Part shown: positions 1 through 10,163 of the stretch, in pieces
Layout of the letters: each line of letters starts with the position of its first letter
How positions within the stretch are numbered: position 1 is the stretch's first letter
From: Octopus bimaculoides
Lineage: Eukaryota
DNA length: 44,019 bases
Assembly (NCBI RefSeq): GCF_001194135.2
Contig: NC_068982.1
Location: forward strand, 177,778,016-177,822,034
Reading direction: 5' to 3'
Notes under the pieces: model-generated
Told to the model about the DNA's origin: nothing
The model's database searches: none
The model's input: only the letters and a program-made list of their open reading frames with translations
Program-made: the position numbers and the translations under genes

Positions 1-2625
1 TATGTATATATCAAGCAATCAAGCCTTATGCATAGCACTCGTAGAAACTCATCTGAGCCCTGATATAGAGGATGCAGAAGCACACGTACCAAAATATAAC
101 ATATTGCGAACAGACAGAAGGGAAAGGAGCCATGGTGGAGTTGCTGTATACATCCGTGATGACCTCACACCCCAGGTCTTACTGTCATGCTCAAATTCTG
201 TATGTGACATGCTAATTGTATACATAAGACAACACAATATAGTCATATACAATACATATCCCCTACCGGATGCTCCAAACCACATAGGCAAGATTGAAGA
301 TTGCCTCACAAGAATTTAAGAAATCCTCATGAAACTTGAACACCACGTGAGCATATTTCTTATGGGTGATTTCAACTGCCCCAATTTCAAATAGCCCGAA
401 GGCCTCATGCTCTCAGGAATGACTCATTGCAAACGAGCACAGGTGGAGTCCCTGCTCAACCTTATCAATGCCCTATTCATGGACCAAATTGTGCTCAGAC
501 CAACTAGGGCGAATAACATTTTAGATCTCTGCTGCACAAACAATACGGGCATCGTTCATGATGTGAAAATGACTCCAACATGAGTGTCGGATCACAATAT
601 AATAAATCTGTATATATATATATGGACCAAAAGTACCCAGAGACCTACAGCCTAAAGGAAGCACCCGAAATCTCTTCAACCTGAACTTCCACAAAGCAGA
701 CTAGAAATCGATCCAAAAATACATCCTCAGACTGGACTGACCGAAATGTCTCTCCACACCAGACATTGGCATGAAACTAGAATATTTCATGTCTGTAATG
801 CAAACCATATGCCAGAAATATGTCCCAGAGCACAAGGCCAACAAAAAAGGAACAAGATTCCAAGGGAGAGGAAGATTCTCGGGAGCTGAAGAACGAAGGT
901 TACAATTCGCTTCAACCAATATCCCAAAAGTTGTAAAAGGTCCTGCATAAAAACAACATTGATGGAGATTGAAAAAAACCTGCAACAATCCTATGCGAAG
1001 GAGAGAGCAGACAAAGAAGCCTGGGTTATAAAAAACATTAAGTCTAACCCAAAGGCCTTCTTTCATTACGCCAAAAGAAACAGCATATGACCCCTCTTCC
1101 AAAAAGATGGCTCCCTCACAGATAATCGAACCAGGTTCAGTGAGGTACTGAATGATCAGTTCAAAAGTGTCTTTAACACCTCATTGGAACACAGACAAGT
1201 GAATGAAGCAGTGGATTTCTTTGCCGCCTTACCTATAACCAGCGAGGCAGTTACGATGGATTATATCTACATTAACGAAGAAGATATACTACTAGCCATA
1301 GATGAAGTGCACGCAAGCTCAACTGCTGATCTTGATGGTGTCCAAGAAATTCTCCTCAAATTGTGTAAGCGTGCCCTGGCGAAACCACTACAGATTCTCT
1401 TCCAGAGCTTTCTTGCAAATGGCAGACTGCCAAGCAAAGTGAAGGAGGGAATAATATGTCCAATCCATAAAGGAGGAAGCAGAGCAGATGTCAAAAACTA
1501 TAGGCCTATCTCTCTGACTTCACACATCAGGAAGTTATGGAACGGATAGTCAGAAGGAAACTAATCACATTTCTTGAAGAAAATGACACCGCTGAGTGAT
1601 ACCCAGCATGGCTCTCGACCATGTAGGGGCTACCTGACCCAGCTCTTACAGCACTATGACTAGGTGTTGAGGCAGTTACTCAACAACTCAAATGTGGACG
1701 TAATATACTTTGACTTTGCAAAAGCTTTTGATAAACTGGATCATGGTATGATATGCCACAAACTGTGTGATCTCGGCATAGTTGAAAAACTTGGAGAGTG
1801 GTTACATGACTTTCTGAAAGGTAGTAGTCGCCAAAGGAGCCACCTAAATGAAAACACAAATAGTGAGCAGTGTTCCACAGGGCACCGCGTTGGAACAACT
1901 GTTTTTCATAGTGGCCCTCTCAGATATGCCCTCAACTGCTTGGATAGCCACCCTTGTTTGCTACGCAGACGATACAAAAGTCTCGCAGAAAATACAGGAG
2001 CCCAGTTACGTTGCACACCTGCAAAGATATTGCACACCTGCAATTGGACTCAATTGACAGATTGGCTGAGGATAATAATATGCAGTCTATTGCTGAAAAA
2101 TTCCAAGTGCTACGCTACCAGCGTCCAAAACTGAATATAAAACTTACAGGGTACACTGGCCCAGAAGATGTTACAATCCTAGAGCCTAAATCACTAAGAG
2201 GCCTGTGTATCGACATGAATGATGGTACGTCTTTCCAAGAGCACATTGCTACAATAGCGACAAAGTGCAGGCGACAAGCTGTATGGATCCTGAGAACGTT
2301 TAGAACCAGAGAGAAGGAAACCATGATGGTCCTCTGGAGAACAAACGTCCTCAGCCGCCTGGATTACTTCTCCCAGCTATGGTCACGCAATAGTGTAAAA
2401 TCAACAATGGACCTTGAAGCAATACAGCGAAGCTTCACAAAAACATCGTCTTATTGCAACAGCTCAGCTACTGGGATAGGCTGAAACAGCTAAAACTCTA
2501 ATCCTTGGAGCGAAGGCAGGAGAGGTATGCAGTAATATACATCTGGAAGATCCTGGAAGGAATTGTGCAAAGTTTTGGCATTGAAAGCTACACAAATGCC
2601 AGTGCCAAACATCCCAGCAATTTCA
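1..2625 (+). mobile_element. Decayed CR1/Jockey-group LINE ORF2 (APE endonuclease + RT)
   Basis: ETHL...RTDR..RSHGGVAVYIR (APE), NYRPISLTS, YFDFAKAFD, VPQGT and YADD across frameshifted ORFs with stops. Confidence 0.88.
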
Positions 2626-2675
2626 ATCGCACTTCTGAGCCAGCATGGCCATAGCTCTCAGTTGAAACTAGACAA

Positions 2676-2715
2676 ATATATATATATATATATACGCAAT
2701 ATATAATATATATAT

Positions 2716-2747
<32 letters not shown>
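2676..2747. repeat. (TA)n microsatellite
   Basis: Direct reading; runs into the gap. Confidence 0.95.
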
Positions 2748-3653
2748 NNNNNNNNNNNNNNNNNNNNNNNNNNNNNNNNNNNNNNNNNNNNNNNNNNNNN
2801 NNNNNNNNNNNNNNNNNNNNNNNNNNNNNNNNNNNNNNNNNNNNNNNNNNNNNNNNNNNNNNNNNNNNNNNNNNNNNNNNNNNNNNNNNNNNNNNNNNNN
2901 NNNNNNNNNNNNNNNNNNNNNNNNNNNNNNNNNNNNNNNNNNNNNNNNNNNNNNNNNNNNNNNNNNNNNNNNNNNNNNNNNNNNNNNNNNNNNNNNNNNN
3001 NNNNNNNNNNNNNNNNNNNNNNNNNNNNNNNNNNNNNNNNNNNNNNNNNNNNNNNNNNNNNNNNNNNNNNNNNNNNNNNNNNNNNNNNNNNNNNNNNNNN
3101 NNNNNNNNNNNNNNNNNNNNNNNNNNNNNNNNNNNNNNNNNNNNNNNNNNNNNNNNNNNNNNNNNNNNNNNNNNNNNNNNNNNNNNNNNNNNNNNNNNNN
3201 NNNNNNNNNNNNNNNNNNNNNNNNNNNNNNNNNNNNNNNNNNNNNNNNNNNNNNNNNNNNNNNNNNNNNNNNNNNNNNNNNNNNNNNNNNNNNNNNNNNN
3301 NNNNNNNNNNNNNNNNNNNNNNNNNNNNNNNNNNNNNNNNNNNNNNNNNNNNNNNNNNNNNNNNNNNNNNNNNNNNNNNNNNNNNNNNNNNNNNNNNNNN
3401 NNNNNNNNNNNNNNNNNNNNNNNNNNNNNNNNNNNNNNNNNNNNNNNNNNNNNNNNNNNNNNNNNNNNNNNNNNNNNNNNNNNNNNNNNNNNNNNNNNNN
3501 NNNNNNNNNNNNNNNNNNNNNNNNNNNNNNNNNNNNNNNNNNNNNNNNNNNNNNNNNNNNNNNNNNNNNNNNNNNNNNNNNNNNNNNNNNNNNNNNNNNN
3601 NNNNNNNNNNNNNNNNNNNNNNNNNNNNNNNNNNNNNNNNNNNNNNNNNNNNN
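2748..3653. other. Assembly gap (906 N)
   Basis: N run. Confidence 1.
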
Positions 3654-4004
3654 AAGGGCATAGAGAGCAGGTTATGCAGTAGATGACGTTGGTAGAAGTG
3701 CAGGTGAAGGAGTCGGTGATGGGATAGAGTCGATGATGGGTGCCGGTGAGGAGAGTGGTGTTGGAGAGATACGGGCAAGTGCGGCAGCGTGGGCGGGAGC
3801 AGGGGAACGAGCCGGGTTGGGAGGTTGGGTTAGGGAAGATGTGCGAAGTAGAGGGGTCGGACTGGAGTTGCCGGAAGGCTCAGAGAATGGTGCGTTGGAG
3901 AGGTAGGGTGATGGGGTGGTAGGTGAGGGGAAACGGGAGACGGGAGACGGCAGGGCGGGTTTGGGGGACAGAGCAGATACACAGTCCACGGAACGTGCTC
4001 TGGC

Positions 4005-4276
4005 AAGGGCGGTGTGGATAGAACAGATACCAGGTAACGATGGTCTACCCTATCAAACGCTTTAGCTTGGTCTAAATGGACCGGTGCCTCACCCTTGCCA
4101 GAATCATTACCAAACCCTTCTACGGTGTAGCGTATAAGATGAAGATTATCCTGGATGGTTCTACCGGGGATCGCACACGTTTGTGATCCCCCGATCAGGC
4201 CATCCGCGACACGCGTCAATCTTTTTGCCAACACCTTGGCCAAAATTTTCATCTCTGCATTAAGCGGGAAGACCAA
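4005..4276 (-). mobile_element. Inverted Tx1/L1-clade RT fragment
   Basis: LNAEMKILAKVLAKRL...QTCAIPGRTIQDNL...DQAKAFDRVDH; clearly homologous to about 5945-6190 in the opposite orientation. Confidence 0.85.
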
Positions 4277-4328
4277 ATATGTTTATCCCCCTGTGGGCAA
4301 TAAGGAAATCGTTGTTACCTCATCTGAA

Positions 4329-7300
4329 CCAACTTGTTCGTGAATGTTGTTTGTGCGTTGTTCGAAAGGTTTGGCGTAGGTTTGTAATATTTGTGGATAT
4401 TTTGTTTCATTTACACTGTTGTATTATTACGTTGTTTAGCGTTTTTTGTGTAAAACACATTTGTCTGCTTGAGGCAGTCGTTTGTTAACGTTTTCCCCCT
4501 TATGCCAAAGGGGAAAATATTGTTATATTTTGTGGAAAAAAACACACAAATCATGAATAAATCACCAATTAAATTGTCAATAATGGTAGTGAACCTGGTA
4601 CAAATAGTGTCAAAAGCACAGAAAACAGCACAGCATTGATAAACATGCCGTCTGAAGAAGATTTTACGCAGGGAAGAAAAGGAAGCAATTTTGCGGTAGT
4701 AGCCACTATTTCAAAAATGTTGATTAACTGCGAAAATGACGAGTTAGGAAAGTATAAAGGAATGATGAAAAGGGAGGGGAGTGAAACTGTGATTACTCCA
4801 CCTAGTGAAACCATTCATAATGCACTACGGTGCATAGTCATTTACCAGTCGTTTGTTGTAAAAGCAAAAAACATTGGACAATGAGTAAGGAGGCGTGGAT
4901 CTGTGCCTCCGTCCAGTTTGGAATGACGTGGCATACATCAGAAGAGGAGTGAAGTATGTCACAATAGAAGTCCGGTTTAAAACGGAAGAAAAAGCGAAAC
5001 AAGCGTCGACGACACCATTAAAAGCGATGGAGGTAGTACTCTTACCTACTTATCTTGGAAAGCGGACTTCCAAAATTTATGTAGGAGACATCCCACCCGA
5101 AGTAGACCCCGCTTGGCTGGTGGCAGTGATCACAAATTTGTGACCTGTAGGCTGGACTTAGATAAGTTACGTAGACAGTAATCCGGCTACTGGAAACTCA
5201 ATAAGTCACTTTTGGTTCATGAGGAGTACAGGAGTCGGATTAGACAGTTAGTGATAAGGGCATTGCGTGGTGCCATTATTAACAACAAATTTGAGTCTAT
5301 TAGGTATAGAAAAGAGTTAGTGGCTTAGGAAAATAGAGTAGAAACGGCTTTAGTTAGGGTCCTAAACGAAGCACTGGAATATGGCTCCACGCTCCGAGTT
5401 TTAGCTGCGAGAATGGCGCTTAACCATCACCTTGAGGCTAAAAACGAAGAATATACATTCAGGGCTAAGCAACGTGCAATGGGAAGAGAAGGAATTAAAG
5501 CTACGGGATGGGCCCGTGTGATAGAGATCCAACGTGTCAATAATGGCACTATAAGGTCTTTGTTGAATAATCAAGGGAACTTGGTAAACGAACCCGGTGA
5601 GATGTGTAAGGCCTTTCAGGAGCATTTTGCCCTGCTTTTCAGGAGGGCGGCGGGACAGAATGTAGGGGGACCTCACGGACTTCTTCGCTGGTCGATCACA
5701 GCTGCGGAGGTGCAGGAGACTTTGTCGGACTGCGGCGGGGAGAAGTCTCCGGTACTAGATGGTCTCCCCTACGAGCTTTAAAACGGTATGCCAGACTTGT
5801 TCGGGCACCTACTGGCATGCCTCTTCACCAACTGGCAATAGAATGGGTTTATACCCATATCTGTGAGCCGGGGTTGGTGACGCTGCTTAGAAAGGACCCA
5901 AACAGAGGGGATTTTATAGATAATTTCAGGTCCATCACTCTGCTTAACACAAAATTGAAGATTTTTGGCCAAGGTATTAGCAAAAATGTTGGCGCGTGTC
6001 GTGAGTGGAATCGTCGGAGAGTCACAAACTTGTGCCGCTCCTGGCAGATCCATACACGACAATCTCCACCTGATATGCTACACCTTAGAGAGAGTTAACA
6101 GGTCTCCTGGCAAGAGTGAGGCGCTGGTCCATTTAGACTAGTCCAAAGCTTTTGACTGGATTGACCATCGGTATCTGGTGTCGGTCCTCGCAGCGTTCGG
6201 GTTTGGTCCCGTCTTCCGCAGGTGGATCATTGCTCTATACAGCAACATCGACTCGATCGTTCGGGTGAACGGGTTCTTCTCGAAGCCGTTCAACATCAAG
6301 CACCCTGTTCGTCAAGGGTGTTCTCTCTCTCCCCTTCTGTATATGTTGGCTCTAGAGCCCTTACTGCGGAAGTTGGAGGGCTTGAGGGTCATCCCACACG
6401 ATGTAGGTTGCAGTAGGAAGTTTTCGGCATACGCAGATGACATCACCATCATCGAGTCCGAGATGGTACACCTACAGAGGGTAAGCAAAGCCATTAAAGA
6501 CTACGAGGCGGTGGCAGGAGTAAAAGTTAACCGGGATAAGTCAATCGGCTTGCAACTCGGCACCTGGAGAGGCAAGATGGTACCTCTCAACAACGTCGTA
6601 GGGCGTTGGACGGAGAGACCGGTTAAAATGCTAGGGGTTGGTTTGGTCCAGATTTCCAGATAGAGAAGAATTGGAGCGAGGTGACGAGCAGAGTAACCCA
6701 CCCAACTTAGACCTAGTCAGAGCGGCAGCTATCCCTGAAATGAAGGGCGGAGGTTGCAGGAGTGTTTATCGCTTCTGTGATTACCTACCACCTAACAGTC
6801 GTGCCTTGCTTCCGTTCGTGGCTGATCAAGCTGGAATGTCTGCTCTTCCGCTTTTTGCGGAGGGGTAGAAGTCCTCTTGTAAGGCGCTCTGTCTGTTGCC
6901 AGCACCCACTAAAGGGTGAGCTAGGGATGTCTTGGCTGTTGGTGCGCAGACATGCACTGAGGCTGAGACGTCTGTAGCTCTACCTGGGTGGTGAACGGGT
7001 GTGGTCTCCGTTCGTTCGGTCGTTACTTCCTGGGCTTACTTTGAATCAAATGTAGACCAAAGTTGGGTGCTTGGCAAGCGGAGTGTTATCAGGCACTCAA
7101 GCTTCTCTGTCACACAGACAACGCCAGCGGCGGGGGTCCCACCTCGTCTTTCTAGAGAGGGTTGGTAGAGGCTGAGTGTGATGACGTCTTGGGGGAGACC
7201 CTAGGCTTCGATGGGTATCAACTGGCCAGTGTGTTCCGAAGGACATTCGGGCCAGGACCTTTGGATAACTTCCAAAGATCCCTGGCCTAGCAGTGTTACC

Positions 7301-8018
7301 GAGGAGCCTTACCAGTTCACAATAAACCCGCAAGGCATGGTGCCCCTCGTGCACCCAAGTGCCCAACATGCAAGCAGGACATGGAAACTGTTCTGCACAC
7401 AATTGTGCAATGCCCCAAAATCTCTAAGATGTGGGTTTACGTTGAACATCTGCTGTCACGGCTGGGAAGAGTACAATTGTCTTCCGAGTTGATTGCAAAG
7501 ATTGTTCCTCCTGCCTCTTTTAACAAAGAAAGCAAGGCTTGTTTCAACGCTGTGGTCGCTATGACGAAAGAAGCGGCATGGAAGATCCGCGTGAAATGAA
7601 TCGTAACAGGCACATTCATCTCCAGCCTTGGACTGGTCCATTACCTCATCTACCACTTTAAGAGGAAAATAAGGATGGAGAGAAAATGTCTGTTACCTGA
7701 TGTATATGGAATAAAGATGGAAGGCTGTGGCGAGTTTGTTGTGAATGAATGAATCCACATAGTGAATCCATAAGGTTATACTAAAGGTTTCAGTGATGGC
7801 ACGATGCTCGCGGGGTCGAAGAAAAACCCGTCCCCCATTTCACTGTTTGTGTATTTGTTTTGTTTATCATTTGTCTATCATTCGAGCTATATAAATTTTT
7901 AACTTTTCATCTCTGTGTAAAAACCATACGCATCATCGACCCCTCCCTCATTTGTACCGTCCCTCTATGTTTAGCCCCCCTGTGGGCGATAAACAAATCG
8001 TTGTTTCAAGCATCTGAA
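4329..8018 (+). mobile_element. Decayed Tx1/L1-clade LINE (5' UTR, partial ORF1, ORF2 RT + CCHC, 3' UTR) with an internal deletion near 5140
   Basis: ORF1-like 4636-5140 jumps to the endonuclease tail GYWKLNKSLL. Also RSITLLN, KAFD, RQGCSLSP, YADD and CPTC...ETVLH...C. Multiple stops and frameshifts. Confidence 0.88.
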
Positions 8019-9037
8019 ATGAAACTGTCAAAGCACGATATTTGAGTAATTTTGATATTCAACTTCAAAAAAGGACGTAAAGCAGCCGAAACTGCTCACG
8101 ATATCAACGAAACGTTTGGTGAGGAATTGACCCGTGAGTGGTCAGCTCGAAAATGGCTTCAACGATTTCGCAGTAGAGACCTGATCCTTGAAGTTCGTGA
8201 GCATAGTGGACGCCCATCTGTCATCGAGACGGTCAACTGAAGACCGTCGTTCAAAAAGGTCCACGCAAAACCACTCGAGAACTGGCAAAAGAACCTCAAG
8301 TTAGCCAAAAAAAAAACTGCGAGTAACTATTTGCATGCAATTGGAAAATCAAACAAGCTCGACAAATGGGTACCACACGATTTGAATGAAATTTTCTCGT
8401 CGTTTCTTCTCCGTAACATTTCTCGACCTATTGTAACTTGCAATGAAAAATGGATTTTGTACAGTAATAAAAAACGTTCTTCACAATTGTTGGACCAAAA
8501 TAAAGCATTGAAGACCTCCCCAAAACCCGAAATCTTCAAAAAGAAGGTTATGGTGTACTGCTGGGCTCATCCACTGCAACTTCTTAAAACCCGGAAAAAC
8601 TGTTACTGCAGAAACATATTGCCATGAAATTGCCAAAATGAACAAAAACTGCTACTCCTCCGTCCCAGACTGGTCGACAGAAGAGGACCAATCATTCTTC
8701 ATGACAATGCTCGACCACACGTTTCACTTAATGACGCTCCAGACGTTGAGGGAAATTGGCTACGAAGTTCCTCCCAGCCCAGCTTATTCCCCAGACCTTT
8801 CTTCTACCAACTACCATTTTTTCAAGCATCTATATAGTTTCCTGCGAGAGGCGTTCAAAAATCAAACCGATGCTGAAAGTGCGTTCAAAGGGTTCATCAG
8901 CTCCAGAACTCCAGATTTTTACGTTACCGGAATAAACAAACTTGTAGCTCGTTGGCAAACATGTGTTGATCGTAATGGTACTTTGATGAATAAAATTTCC
9001 GCATTGTTGAAATATATTGCTTACTTTTTACTCAGCT

Positions 9038-9040
<3 letters not shown>
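8019..9040 (+). mobile_element. Mariner (DD34D) transposase pseudogene with right TIR; left TIR not visible
   Basis: MKLSKHDI*VILIFNFKKG, KWVPHDL, CNEKWILY, LHDNARPH, YSPDLS. The end ttactttttactcagcttga|TA abuts (TA)n. Confidence 0.88.

Positions 9041-9082
<42 letters not shown>
9041..9082. repeat. (TA)n microsatellite
   Basis: Direct reading. Confidence 0.95.
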
Positions 9083-9087
<5 letters not shown>

Positions 9088-9168
9088 ATATTTCCCTAGA
9101 ATCATGTGAGTCTGCAAAAACTATCTCATTTACCATAACAACAGAATGTTCCAATAAATCAAATCAAG

Positions 9169-9174
9169 TTTATT
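9169..9174 (-). terminator. Candidate polyadenylation signal (AATAAA) of the RLR gene
   Basis: Plus-strand tttatt about 84 nt downstream of the stop, followed on the minus strand by a T/G-rich tract. Confidence 0.6.
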
Positions 9175-9257
9175 AAACTATATAATATCGAAATACAATT
9201 ATTATTTGTCTGAAATAAAATAAAATGAATATGAGAAAAAATATGAAAACGTATGCT

Positions 9258-9955
9258 TTAATCTACATTTTGGTTACTTTCAGGGATTGGACATTTTTCA
9301 AGGAACAATGGCAAATCATCTTCAAACTTGTTAGAACTATCTGCACGAACCATTTCAAAATCTTCATCAGTGAGGGACTGAACTTCATCTCTAAATGGTA
9401 CTTTCAACCACTTTTTCGCAAGTATAGGAGTTTTCCCTTCAGGGACTATTTTGAACTGCTTTATTGATATGCAATCGAATATAGTATGTTTATAAACCAC
9501 TTGATTTCCCCAATAAAGACCGCAGGTAATGCAAGAAAAACTGCCTATACGTTTAACGTCGTCAAATAATATCGTAGGTTTGCTTCTTGAAATACTAATC
9601 TTCTTTCGAAAATCAGGATTTACAATGATATAACATTTCTCTTCAAAATTTCGAAAATCTGAACTCTCAGCAGCAGTAGAGTTACAGGATGTACATTTCA
9701 GCGTATAATTACCTGAACTCTTAACAGACTTCATTTTCTGCATTTGGGAAGCAGCACGTTCTTGCCTATTTTGAATCTGAATTTCTTTCAAAGTTTCCTT
9801 GAAAACACCTGGATAGTTCAATTGATCTTCGTAAACATCGTTCACTATAGTTTGCATTTTATCAACTTTCATACGGTTTACAGTAGCTCTTTTGCCCAAG
9901 AGTGGATCTGCACCAATAATCTGAATGTATTTACCATCTGCTGCTCGAGCTCGGC
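9258..9955 (-). CDS. DDX58-like: RLR terminal exon 10: end of motif VI, pincer, Zn-binding CTD, acidic tail, stop
   Basis: Acceptor tttgtttgtag|GC completes QKRGRAR. Contains CTSC and CITC Zn ligands, WG..V.YK and KKW. TAA at 9260-9258. Confidence 0.96.
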
Positions 9956-10096
9956 CTACAAACAAAAGTAAATAAGAAGACATTTAACTCAAAATGATTT
10001 CAAACATTTCACAATGCTCCAGTTATATATGATACAAGTGAATAAGCGAATGCAATAATTATATTTGGTAGACGGAAACTGAAAGAACACACAAAC

Positions 10097-10163
<67 letters not shown>

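Noticed and set aside
2717-3778. Long ORFs spanning N runs (also 20298-20706, 28133-29138)
   Set aside because: Artefacts of translating gaps. Exon phases and homology show no RLR exon is missing in the two intronic gaps.
3827-3835. GGGTTAGGG as interstitial telomeric sequence
   Set aside because: A single unit, not an array.
9225-9467. Plus-strand ORFs overlapping RLR exon 10 (also 9744-9971)
   Set aside because: Antisense shadows of the real exon with no independent homology.
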